This document shows positions 27,544-39,779 of a DNA stretch of 64,000 bases, one piece after another; within the stretch, counting starts at the first letter, position 1; every line of letters starts with the position of its first letter. The DNA is from Octopus sinensis (taxonomy: Eukaryota): NCBI RefSeq assembly GCF_006345805.1, contig NC_043000.1, forward strand, positions 123,380,001 through 123,444,000, in the 5' to 3' direction. The translations under genes were made by a program, and so were the position numbers. The notes under the pieces are model-generated. The model saw only the letters and a program-made list of their open reading frames with translations. It was not told where the DNA came from and made no database searches.

Positions 27544-28435
27544 CAGTCAGAAGAAAGTTGTTTTTAATATGGTTTTCATGAAGGCAGGTATAAAATATCC
27601 ACCTGGGGTTTTCCTGGAATGTGTCTTTCACATCAAAATTGTTAGTCAAGATACCTTTGTGCTTGTATTCTCCTGTAAAATAACCTTTTGCTATATCCTG
27701 TTGAGTAGTTGTGAAAATTAGATTCCTGGATTCCGGTGGCAAAGAATTATGACTGAGCGAGGCCAAGTGAGAGAAAACATAATCAAAGAGCAAATCCATG
27801 AAAATATTCAAAGTCTTGTTGTGTTTGTCAAAGACAAAACAGTCAATGGTGGAATTGATAGAGAAGTTTGCAACAGTCGAGCATAATAACTGTTGGATAT
27901 GTTCATGATGGATCGTGTCATTGGTTAATTTCCAATTTTCTAAATGTTGAATTAAACCAAATTCAGATGTAGAATTCTGCTTTTCTGTTTTTTGTGCATT
28001 TTTACAATGTTGATTATTGTCTTTATCAACACATTCATTTTCAGTCATCTTCTGTTCAGCTTTGATGCATTGGGTGGATCTCTTGAGACCATTTAAGCAG
28101 GTTGTACCAAATTTTTGAGGATCTATAATCACATTGTACAGAGCTTGTATCTCATCTGTGTTGAAAGACAAGTTTGTTAATAACTGCTTGGATATTATCG
28201 TCTGTTGAGTTATCCAATCAGTGATAGACCAATTAAGGGAAGCATTCGGGTTACTCTGCAACCAATCTTCTGATGGGAATTTCGCTAAGTCACCATAAAA
28301 GTCTGTACCATTATATAATATGAAAGCTAAATGAAGTTGATGTTGTAAGAGATTAGGGATGTTTGAAAGTATAAAATTATTTTCTCCTCCCCACAAAGAA
28401 ACATTGTATAAGTATTCCAAGTTCAAAATGTTCAG
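27544..28435 (-). CDS. CD36/SR-B family protein, exon 4 (892 bp, contains the large insertion)
   Basis: Open 297 codons; pyrimidine-rich acceptor ...tttcatacttggaAG (phase 0), donor GTAAGT (phase 1). Begins LNILNLEYL and contains LIFTTTQQDIAKGY (CD36 lf...Tv.ell.GY). Confidence 0.85.
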
Positions 28436-29358
28436 CTTCCAAGTATGAAATACAAAGAAATATATTGGATTAATTCTAAAGCAATACAAATGACATATTA
28501 ATATTGGTCAGGATGATGCAGCAGATACTCAGCTCTGGTGTTCTTAAAAGACTTAGCTGCAAATAAAAGTATTTGCCTCAGACATTTCCCCTGACATGCA
28601 GTAATGACAGAATCTCTGCATAGCCAATCAAGGTACTAGAAATAGCAACCATATCTCCCTCATACCTCACCTTAGTACCCAGAACATTGTATATTTAGCT
28701 CTACACTGAATAATTTAATTTTAGATGTGACATCTTAATAAAGATGAGGCAGTTATTACTGGAATGGTTTCCTCAGTCAGGGCTAAACTAGGTCTAAGTA
28801 ACTTTCTGGTTGATTCAAAAGGCAAATAAAATGAGTTTGTGTGATTTCTTGCCCAAGAACAATAGGGAAAAAAAATAAGCCACAGTCAAGAATTGAAACA
28901 GAACTACAAACTTGAATTCAAGAAATCGAATCCTAGGTCTATTAGTAGCAGTATAATTACTAGATATGTTTTGATTGGGTAGAGAAAAAACAACCTGTGT
29001 TTTAGTGTAAGGGTAAATGAGAATTTTGTTGTAATTATACCCTTTCAAAAGACATTGGCTAACATGAAGTAAGCCTACATAAAGGCCTTGTTATGGTTTC
29101 TATTAACCAGTAAACTGTTTCTTTTACTATGGCACCACTTGAATGTTTGAACATTAACGTTATGTTTTCCACTTTTGAAACAAAAATAAAAATTATATTA
29201 TTAACTTGTTCATCTTGTAAGATTAAAGCAAATCAATAATGTTGGTATCAATTATACAATTTTTATACTTTACCAATATCAAATTAGCAAGTATTTTCAC
29301 CGTAAACTGAACGACATAATGGCCAATTTAAAAAAGGAAGGGGAAAGAGAGAACATAC

Positions 29359-29517
29359 CTTATCATTTTCATGGCAATTTATACCACATTCTAACCTCGT
29401 TTGATGCTCATCAAAAGTCTGCTGTCGTAATATTTCATAAGATAGCTTTGATCCTAATAAATCTATTTGTGTATGTTTTCTAGATTCTTTATAGACATAG
29501 GGTCCGACTTCACGTAT
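29359..29517 (-). CDS. CD36/SR-B family protein, exon 3
   Basis: tttcAG...GTATGT boundaries, phase 0/0. IREVGPYVYKE is the canonical CD36-family motif. Confidence 0.93.
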
Positions 29518-32198
29518 CTGAAATACCAAACTATCACATTTTATGGATATTATAAAATAAAAATACATATAAATTTGGATGACTATTAAAGTCTCAGTTC
29601 CTTCTGATGAGATCATAAGATCATAAGAATGAAATATGTAGAGTCTTTTTCCCAAATTTGCCAGAATAATTAAAACAACATTAGTCATGATTACTACTAC
29701 AACAACAACTACTACTACTACTACTACTACTACTATTGCTACTGTTGCTGCTATACCCACCACTATTACTGCTGCTGCTTCATCAAAACTTAATAAACGT
29801 AATTTCTTCCCCTGTTTTGAAAAGCTTCTGTTGTTCTTACTTTTTGCTTCAAGCAATGTTATTATCTCAATTTTGTTTTGCCATTGAAATCAATGTCAAA
29901 TATAGGCTTGTTTGTTTGTTTGTTTGCTTCGTTTTGTTGTTTTTTTTTGTTTTTTTATGTTGGTGATAAAAATAAAAAATGTTATACCATCCAGTGTCTG
30001 TTGCATTAAAAATGTATTACTTCATAGTTTTGTATTAGCATTTAAACTGTTGCATTTTTGTTGATTAAAATGATTTATGAACAAGCCCAAGCCACTGTAT
30101 TCACAAATGACCAAATATCCCTGCTGTATCAAGCAGAGCTCTCAGTTAGCAACTGAGAACACTAAAAATCAAATATAAAGTTTAAAATAAACCGATATAT
30201 GCATGGTAACCAGCAAGAATCAAAATGATGTCTCTCATATTTATTCTTAATACATTCCAGAAGATCCAAATGTGAATTTGCCAACTTCTGTTATGTTTTG
30301 TCACAACAATTTCTCCTTTACAACAAATATATTCTCATAACATATTTGACTCATTAGCGCAAGGGACTCTGTGACACCTGGTGTTTTGAAATTATTGAGT
30401 CTCATCAGGTGTGGAATTTTGGGCTAGTATCTTTAACTATAAGCTCAAGTTGAGAAATAAATACGTCTTTGCTCGCTGCCCACGCATGCCCCTGCAGTCT
30501 TCACTTCCGTCTACCTCATCTGCAATCCCCTCCACCAACACCACATAGCTCATGATCGTATGGTTGTGGTTTCGATTCCTGGACTTTTGAATGAAACTGA
30601 GTTGACAGAAGCAATGTGTCAAATGGAGAGAATATGTAATTTAAAGACCTAACTGTGTCTGAAATTGTGTCACACTGATTCCACTATTTAAATATGGTAA
30701 GTCTTCACAGGTCTATAGAGCATTCAACAACTCACATGACAATTCAACTGGCAAGTAGTTCAACAGATTGAACAACTGAGCACACATCTTGAAAACCAAC
30801 AGAACTCCACTCCGTTTACCTAACATCACAGTGTTAGGTCTAACATACCACCTTGTTTGGTGCCATCAGCTGATCTTTTGTTGTCTTTAGAGGAGAACAC
30901 TTTGTTGTAAGTATTCAGACATGATCCATTGTTCAGGATGAGCATCATCCACATAAATTTCAAGCACCAGATTCAACTGTGAAAGTAGACCTACAAAAGG
31001 GATAGACACTGACCCCGTCTTATTTTGCTAGCAAAACTTATTGAAAGAAAAAGGTGTTTTGTATCAAATATTTAGTGTACATGGTGGAACAATTATTGAT
31101 TTCTAACTTGAACATCATCATCATCATCATCATCATCATTTAATGTTCACTTTCCTTAGCATGCATGGTTTCCCGGTTTCAGTGGTGTAGAAATTCCCCA
31201 CCTGGATGGGACGCCAGTCTCCGTCGCAGGATTACTCATTTTTGCCAGCTGAGTTGACTGGAGCAACGTGAAATGAAGTGCTTTGCTCAAGAACACAATG
31301 CATCGCCTGGTCCAGGAATCGAAATAACAACCTTACGATCATGAGCTATGTGGTGTTGGTGGAGGGGATTGCAGATGAGGTAGACGGAAGTGAAGACTGC
31401 AGGGGCATGCGTGGGCAGGAAGCACGTGTGGGCAGCGAGCAAAGACGTATTTATTTCTTGAGAGTGATCGCTCATTCCGCCGAGGTCAACAGGTAAGGCC
31501 TTTTGTATTTCTTTCTCCCGTTTACTTCTTTTTCTGTTGTCCTTTTAGGCAATAACATCATGATGAACAATCGACAACCCAAAGGGCAATTAACTTTTAC
31601 AATAACTTCCAAAGTCTCTCGACATTTGCTGTAATACTGTTTCACTTACGTCAAGCACAATAATATCCATTTCAGTCAACAAGAAATAAAGTTCGTCCGT
31701 AAAAAACCTCAACAGATTTCGTCATTTTCTTCTGTGTACAATTGTTGACCCCCGACGCTAGAAGCAATAGACAGCTCCTAACATCTGCAGTCATATACAG
31801 CCACACACACACACACAAGCTACTATAAATATCACAAAAGGATGCAAGTATTATGTATTTTGAATATAGGAATAATTGATATTAGCTTAATACGCACACA
31901 TTAATTATTAGTAAGGTTTTTAAAGCTGTATCAGTTCTAGACTGACTTGTATTGCGTATTCTATAACGACTGGCCAACTAAGTAACAACAGTTTATTCCT
32001 CTCCCTTACTACAAATATCTTAGTTTAAAGAATTGTTTTTACCTCACAATATCTAGCTACAGCTATAGGAAGGCTTGGGGGCGAATTTTATAGACGGCAA
32101 GCTAACATAAACATCCAGTTTCCAACGACATGATTGTGTTAATAATAAATAATACTCGAGAATGATATATACTTAGAGAAACGGTTGAAGCAACATAC

Positions 32199-32291
32199 CT
32201 TGGGCTTCTGTTTTCTGTACAAATAGTCGTCGACATTGTCAATCACGAAATAATAAATCCTGTTATAGTGTGTGTAGAAGTCATCATTTTT
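32199..32291 (-). CDS. CD36/SR-B family protein, exon 2
   Basis: ttattAG...GTATGT boundaries, phase 0/0. KNDDFYTHYNRIYYFVIDNVDDYLYRKQKPK matches CD36 Y.Fn.tN..e...g.kP and joins IREVGPY. Not present in the ORF track. Confidence 0.88.
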
Positions 32292-32409
32292 CTAATAAGG
32301 AGAAAAATAAAGATATGTTTCAGACAAATATTTCAGCAGTCTTGAAGACAAATGGCATTAAATATTTTATCACAGAGACAAACACATGCAGAATAATGTT
32401 ATAGATGTG

Positions 32410-32478
<69 letters not shown>

Positions 32479-33683
32479 TACACGAATATTTGTTTAAACT
32501 GGCTATAAAATGTAGACAAAGATTGCAAAAGTAAAACTTCGGAAGTATGATGTAAAATAGACTTAGTAGAACGGACACCAAATTTCCAAAGTTCTTTTCT
32601 CAGAAGTTTGATCATCTCAGAATACCGTTAGACTAGACATTTAGAATATAGATATTTAGAATGATTTAAAACCTACTGTTGTTTATGCGATACTGAGTTT
32701 GTTGTTGACAATATTCCAAGAAGCTTTTATACTTTCGACCATTTTACTATTTTACAATATAAATTTGAAAACTTTAAAGAGGCAACATACAAATAATTAA
32801 ATAAAGTACATAAATTAAAACAATATATATAAAATTCAAAAGTCCAATTGCATTGATCAGGGCATTCATTCTGCTGTCTTTACACAACCTCTCCAGTTGA
32901 TCAATGTAATGATGGCTGGAGTAGAATCGTCCGTGAGTTCTTTGCTCTGAGTGGATAAATAAGAACCCATGTTTTGTAGTGGTTTGGTTATTGACGTCAG
33001 GTAAATATTTCGGAGACCTTTATTAGTAGCCCATAGTTATTTTAAACTCAGATCTTATCTTTCCGTTCTAAGGTTTGGTGAAAGGGTCCTTCATCTCTGG
33101 CCCCGGCTTGCTGTCTTACTTCAGATATCATCTGGAGAGCAAGATGGGGTTGGAGAGGAAGACCCTGCCATCGAGAGAATACGATAAACGATGGAAGGAT
33201 GTGATGAGAAAGGTGGGTGTTAATAACCCAGCTTAATCATTGACGAAAGGAAAAGATCGTTGCTGGGCTTTATAGGCTGCCGGGTTCGATCTTTTAATCT
33301 TTTTGTTCGTTTTCTTTCTTTGTTTTCGTTTTACTTTTTAAAAAAAAAGTTCTAGTTAAAGGAAAAAATTAATCGTTATATAAAATATTTTTTAAGAAAA
33401 TTTTTAACATGTAACTCATTCGAACTCATATAACATTTTTATCTTTTGTTTGTCCTGTATTGTCCCATTCTATATAAGATCATTTTGATCATTATAAAGA
33501 TTCCATCTTATCTTTCCGTTTCGTACCTTATTTGCATAGAGCCCATACATTCGGCTCTTGAGTAGGTTTTACTCCGACAAATGTAGCAGCTAAGCTTTCT
33601 ACTCTGTATCGTCACTCTCATGCTCTTTGTTTCGGTGTTTTCTACTAGTCACAGTTCCGGTATGGATGAGTTGTTTACGAGTG

Positions 33684-33904
33684 TGTTACACATTCATATC
33701 TATGTGTACACGTGTGTAGAATACATCCCCACTTTTGGCACTATTTTGTTAGTGAACAGTACAAACTGTGTGTAAAGTATATAGTGTATCACTACGCCGA
33801 ATGTCGAAGTCCGTGTAACATGAATAGTAAATAAACACGTAAAACAATATCAATGGCTTTCATATTGGTTGTCTATCCCATTAGAACTCAAACTACACAT
33901 AACT
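33684..33904 (+). repeat. 5' LTR (221 bp)
   Basis: Matches 38236-38434 except for a 22-bp indel and about 4 substitutions; ends AACT rather than AACA. Confidence 0.95.
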
Positions 33905-33917
33905 TGGTGGCAGCGGT
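33905..33917 (+). promoter_or_regulatory. Primer-binding site, tRNA-Leu type
   Basis: TGGTGGCAGCGGT immediately after the LTR is complementary to the 3' end ACCGCTGCCA-CCA of animal tRNA-Leu(AAG/TAG). Confidence 0.85.
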
Positions 33918-34031
33918 AAATAATTAATCGGAAACTGTGCCTTTACAACAAAACAGAAACACAACGCACCAGAAATTTAACAAACAAAACATCGCTTCGT
34001 CTTCGGACACACACATACACGACGATCCAAG

Positions 34032-37000
34032 ATGGCGACCCCCGTCGCCGTACAGATGAATCTACATCCGATTATGAACTGGGATTCCGTTGATATCGTA
34101 GAAGCATTTAAGAAATTCAAACAGAAAACTCAACTAGCTTTCAAAAGTTTCCTGAAAGGCACAACTGACGATGAAAAGGTAAGCTATATCCTTTTATGGA
34201 CGGGCAATAAAGGTCTAGACCTATTCAATAGCTGGGATATGTCAGAATCGGATTGCAATAACCCAGACACACTTTCAGAGAAATTTGAAAGGCTCCTAGA
34301 GCCCAGATCGAACCATAGAATTCGCAGATACGAATTCCAGAGCCTGAAACAAGACCCACAAGAAACGATTGACAATTTCCTGTCCAGACTAAAGAATGTT
34401 GCCGAAAAATGCAAATTCAAAGATAAGGACGAAAGAATTGTTGATCAATTAATATGGGGGTGTGCTCATAAGGAAGTTCAGAAATCCCTCATAGGTAAGG
34501 ACGCTCTCCAGTCGATAGAATCAGTAGACACTGCAAGAGCATTCGAAGCCACTACCAAACAAATGGCCTCACTTACCTTACAAACAAGCTCACTAGGCAG
34601 TAGTGTAGATATTGTATCTAGGCACAGGACGAAACATACCCGCAAACAAAGAACATGCCAGTACTGTGGTACAGAGCATGAGTTCGACAACCGGAAGAAA
34701 TGTCCTGCATTCGGTACACACTGCAAAGCATGTGGAAAACTTAACCACTGGGAAAAAATGTGTAGGTTAACAAAATCCCAGAAAAACAAGCCCCAATTTT
34801 CAAAGAGGAGCGGAAATAGAAGAAGAGATATACATGCCCAAGAACAAAACACCTCAAAAGAGGAATTCTTGGCAGTTGGCACAATAAATGTGCATGAGAT
34901 GGGAAATGACGACCAGAGAAAAAATGAGGCATACATGACTATAAGAATACAAAAGAAGTCTGACAGGAAACGAATAAACATAGACTTAAGGCTAAAGATT
35001 GACACTGTAGCCCAGAGTGATATCTTGCCTGTCAACCTCTACAAAAAGATGTTCCCAGAACACATGACACAAGAGGATAAAGTCAAAGAAGAAATCCTCA
35101 CTGCGTACGGAGGTACCAGGATTCCACAACTGGGTAAAACAACTATCACAGGGACACACAAAGGAAAAACAATCAAGTGTTCTTTTTATGTCACAAGAAC
35201 AGAAGGACCAGCAATTCTTGAACTCAATACCTGCAAAAAGCTAAATATTGTATCAATCAATGCTGAAGTGAAAGCAGCTCCAAGCAGGATTGACAGTGAT
35301 ATGCCTATCAAAGATCGACCACAAATCACAAACAAAGAGGAACTGATAAGCATGTACCCTGAATGCTTTGACGATACAGTCGGGTGCTTTGTGAAATGTC
35401 TATATCATATAACAGTCGACCCCAATATCAAACCAATTGTTCACCCACCTCGCCGCGTCCCTCTAGAACTAAAAGAGAAGCTGAAGACAGAGTTGCACAG
35501 AATGGATAAAAAAGAAATAATCACCAAAGTGATACAACCAACAGACTGGGTGAATTCAATTGTAATCAAGGAAAAACCCAATGGTACCCTACGGATATGC
35601 CTCGACCCAAGGGACCTGAACAAAGCATTAAAAAGAGAGCACCATCCAATTCCAACCCTTGAAGAAATCACACCATCATTGGCTGGATCCAAATTATTCA
35701 GCAAACTGGATGCCAGTAATGGGTACTGGAATATAAAGATGGACAAAGAGTCATCCATGCTCACTACCTTCAACACACCATTTGGCAGATATCGATTCAA
35801 CCGACTCCCATTTGGATTGAAGGTGAGCCAAGATGTTTTCCAGCGCCAAATAGATGAGACCTACCAAGGCTGCAAGGGAGCAATTGGAATAGCAGATGAC
35901 ATCCAAGTGCATGGCAAGGATGAAACCACACATGAGTTCAATTTACATGAAGCTATGGAGAAAACCCGACAAGCAGGCATCAAACTCAATGCAGACAAGT
36001 GTGTTATAAAAGCAAAGGAGTGCAAATTCTTTGAAATTATATACTCTGCAGAGGGAGTTAAACCAGACCCCGCTAAAGTGGAAGCCATCAGAGACATTAA
36101 AGAACCCAAAGACAAGAAGGAACTCAGGAGCTTCCTGGGACTCATTCACTACATGGGAGCCTTCATACCCAAGCTGGCCGATCACACTGAAAATCTCCGA
36201 GAACTAAACAAAGATGACGTAGAGTTTGATTGGTGTGCTTCACACACACAGGATTTCAAAACAATCAAAAAGCTCATCAGTAAGGAGACAACTCTGCAAT
36301 ACTATGACAGACGCAAACCAGTAACACTCCAAGTCGATGCTTCTATGAGAGGAGTTGGTGCAGTACTGATACAAGAAGGTAAACCCATGGCATATGCCTC
36401 GAAAGCTCTCTCACCCACAGAGACAAGGTACACAAATATTGAAAGGGAACTCCTAGCAGTAGTATATGGATGTGAAAAGTGCCATACATACCTGTATAGC
36501 AGACATTTCAATATAGAAACAGACCATCGCCCGCTAGAAAAAATACATAGAAAAAACCTGACAAAAGCACCAGCCAGACTGCAAAGATTACTACTAAGGC
36601 TTCAAACATACGACTATGATATCAGGTACAAGCCAGGAAAAGACCTGATATTGGCGGATGCTCTTTCCAGACTATCCTCACATGATAAACAGGAGATGGA
36701 AGGACTAAGCATAAAGGTCCACCACATTGTAGATGTGACAACCACAAAGCTAGCGGAAATCAAAGAGGAGACCAGCAAAGATGAAGAACTTCAGCTCCTT
36801 ACTCAGATGGTGATTCAGGGGTGACCAGAAAAGAGACATCAGGTGCAGCCCCTAATTCGTGAATATTGGGCCATCCATGATGATATATCAGTGGAGAATG
36901 GAATCCTGATGGCTGGATCCCGAATAATTATACCCAAGTCAATGCAAAAAGAGATCCTTGACAAGATCCTCCAAGGGCATCTAGGAATGGAGAAATGCAA

Positions 37001-38057
37001 GCTCCGAGCCAAGTCAGCAGTATATTGGGTAGGCATGTACAAAGACATAGAAAAGACAGTTTCTACATGCCACATCTGTCATAAGTACAGAAACTCACAA
37101 CAAAAGGAGGAAATGATATCTAGTGACATCCCAAGAAGGCCATGGCAAACTATCGGAGTAGATCTGTTCACAGAGGGCCAAGAATGGTATTTGATAATGG
37201 CCTGCTACTACTCCAAATTTCCATTTGTGAGAAAAGTGAAAGACCTGACGGCCAAAACAATCACTACAGTGGCTCGAGGACTTCTAGCAGAGCAAGGAAT
37301 ACCAGAGCAGATCATATGTGACAATGGAACCCAGTTCACATCGCAAGAATTCAAAAAGCTAGCCGATGAGTATGGGTTCAATACTACAACCTCATCTCCA
37401 CACTGCCCCAAAGGTCATGGGTTTATAGAAAGACAGGTGCAGACAGTGAAGAGAACACTAGTCAAATGCCGAGAGACTAAAGAAGACCCACACCTGGCAC
37501 TTCTGTCCCTACGAGCGACACCACTGAGAGCTGACATGAAATCCCCAGCAGAATTACTGAATGGCAGGAAGTACAAAACTACCCTGCCAACTAAGATCCA
37601 ACCTCCTATTGACCAGGAAGAGACAAGGGCAAAGCTAGCAGCCACTCAAGAACAATCACAGAAATATTACAACAAACATGCACAATACTTACCTGAGATA
37701 CTTGGAGGACAACATGTGCATACTCAAGATCCCACAACTAAAACATGGATCCCAGCACAGGTTGTCAGTAGAGCTGAAACTCCAAGATCATATATAATAG
37801 AAACGGAATCTGGTAGGCAGCTGAGACGCAACAGGGCCCACATCCGCCCAACACCAAAGCTGTCGAGGACAACGTGTACAACACCTACAGCATCAGTGAC
37901 AACACCCACAGCATCGGTGACAACACCCACAGAATCATCACCCCAACGGGCACCAACCACCTATCAGCAGCCCAACAACACACCTCAGACACCGGTGCGA
38001 AGCACAATATCCACCAGATGGAGAAAGAACATTCTGCCACCGGTTCGATACCGTTAA
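34032..38057 (+). pseudogene. gag-pol polyprotein (Gag, two zinc knuckles, protease, RT, RNase H, integrase) interrupted by an in-frame TGA at 36822-36824
   Basis: CQYC..H..C and CKACGKLNHWEKMC knuckles; protease IDTVA; RT LDAS, LPFGL, IADD; RNase H VDAS/ERELLA/TDHRPL/ADALSR; integrase GHLG..CHIC, VDLF, CDNG, IER. The two listed ORFs (930 and 404 aa) share a frame, and the stop falls at the conserved GWP tryptophan. Confidence 0.95.
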
Positions 38058-38224
38058 AGAAAATGAAAAGATAAGTAACTAATTCAGCTAGATTACAAAG
38101 CAGAGGCAGAAGAATCTCACCGTTTCTGCTGCAGGATTGCCACCTGGCGCTGACAATCCATTAGAGTAAGGGAGACTACTTATATTTGTCTTTACTGCCA
38201 AAAGACCCCTTTATTTTTTTTTGT

Positions 38225-38235
38225 AGAAGAAGGGA
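38225..38235 (+). promoter_or_regulatory. Polypurine tract
   Basis: AGAAGAAGGGA directly before the 3' LTR. Confidence 0.85.
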
Positions 38236-38434
38236 TGTTACACATTCATATCTATGTGTACACGTGTGTAGAATACTTCCCCACTTTTGGCACTATTTTG
38301 TTAGTGAACAGTACAAACTGTGTGTAAAGTATGTTGAAGTCCGTGTAACATGAATAGTAAATAAACACGTAAAACAATAACAATGGCTTTCATATTGGTT
38401 GTCTATCCCATTAGAACTCAAACTACACATAACA
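38236..38434 (+). repeat. 3' LTR (199 bp)
   Basis: TGTTAC...ATAACA, followed by TSD GAGTG. Confidence 0.95.
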
Positions 38435-38695
38435 GAGTGTCATTAAACTTTCTCAGAATGAATACAAGAAGTATAACCATAAGAGTGTTGCAATGATACA
38501 CAGCAATTTTTGCAGGAAATTTGGTTTTGCTTGCACAGAAAAAATGCCAGTACTCAGAAACGACAACGTGAGGTTGCTGCGTGGCTTTCTTGTACAAATT
38601 GAAAGAGCAGAACGCAACAAATTGAATACAACAGTCATCTACAAGAAGAAGTAAATACTAAAATCGATGTGGCGTGCCTATTCGGAAAAGTAAAG

Positions 38696-39036
38696 TATTT
38701 ATTTCTAAACATAGAGGGGATAAACAAAGGGATTAAGTCGATTACATCGATCCCGGTGCGTAACTGGTACTTATTTAAACGACCCAGAAAGGATGAAAGG
38801 CAAAGTCGACCTCGGCGGAATTTGAACTCAGAACATAACGGCAGACGATATGCCTATTTCTTCACTACTCACAAGGGACAAACAAACGGATTAAGTCGAT
38901 TACATCGATCCCAGTGCGTAACTGGTACTTAATTTATCGACCCCGAAAGGATGAAAGGCAAAGAACGTATCGGCAGACGAAATACCGCAAAGCATTTCGC
39001 CGGCGTATGCTAACGATTCTGGCAGCTCGCCGCCCT
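38696..39036 (-). mobile_element. Tandem/nested SINE family A copies
   Basis: Two consecutive copies of gattaagtcgattacatcga...actggtactta...aaaggatgaaaggcaaag, ending in a tRNA-like head. Confidence 0.85.
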
Positions 39037-39355
39037 CGGAAAAGAAATGTATTATACTGATTGCAAGTATGAAACCTTCAAATGCTGGAACCTTAAAGTT
39101 AACAAGGTCGTGATACTGCCAATTATTACGGAAGCCTAAGAAACAGCGAGGAAAAAATGTAAACAAATCTGGAAAAACATAAGAGTAAGGTGCAATGTAA
39201 AAAATATATCTACTACGTAAAACATGAATTATCAAGAAAGTCTTTTATACAGAAGGCACAAAATATTCTTCATCCGAGATCACAGGCAGTGCCTCGATAT
39301 GGAATACAATTAAACCGGGCACAGCAACAATTCCGGTGGGGAAAAAACAAAACAA

Positions 39356-39642
39356 TAACCCTTTCCACTATAGGGAGAAGGCCTGAAATTTAGGGGGAAG
39401 AGCTAGTCTTTTATATCGACCCTAATGCTCGACTGGTACTTATTTTATCGACCCCGATAAGATGAAATGCCTTTCATCTTATCGGGGTCGATAAAATAAG
39501 TACCAGTCGAGCATTGGGTTCGATATAAAAGACTAGCGGTCGATCTCAGCGGAGTTTGAACTCAGAATGTAGTGTGTTGGAAGAAATATTGCTATATATT
39601 CTGTCCGATACCCAAACGATTTTGCCTTCTCGCCACCTTAAT
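39356..39642 (-). mobile_element. SINE family A copy with internal foldback duplication
   Basis: SINE body interrupted by a 66-bp inverted copy of itself (39402-39537). Confidence 0.85.
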
Positions 39643-39656
39643 AATAATAATAATAA

Positions 39657-39687
<31 letters not shown>

Positions 39688-39779
39688 AAGAAGAAGACCA
39701 ACAACAACAACAATGCAATGTTTTTGTTTTTTTCCAAAAGAAAGGAAAATTAATTAAGAACAGTTATATTATACTAGAT

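Larger units (their letters stand above)
33684..38434 (+). mobile_element. Full-length Ty3/Gypsy LTR retrotransposon (Mag-like), intronic, antisense to the host gene
   Basis: Two LTRs starting TGTTAC; 5-bp TSD GAGTG (33679-33683, 38435-38439); PBS, PPT and a gag-pol frame. Confidence 0.97.

Noticed and set aside
29284-29856. 190-aa ORF with a poly-Val TM segment as a standalone gene
   Set aside because: Only 29359-29517 is exon; the poly-Val part is an intronic (ACT)n microsatellite.
36822-36824. Programmed read-through or selenocysteine TGA in pol
   Set aside because: It falls on a conserved Trp (TGG to TGA) between RNase H and integrase, and the copy has other disabling substitutions; simple decay is more likely.
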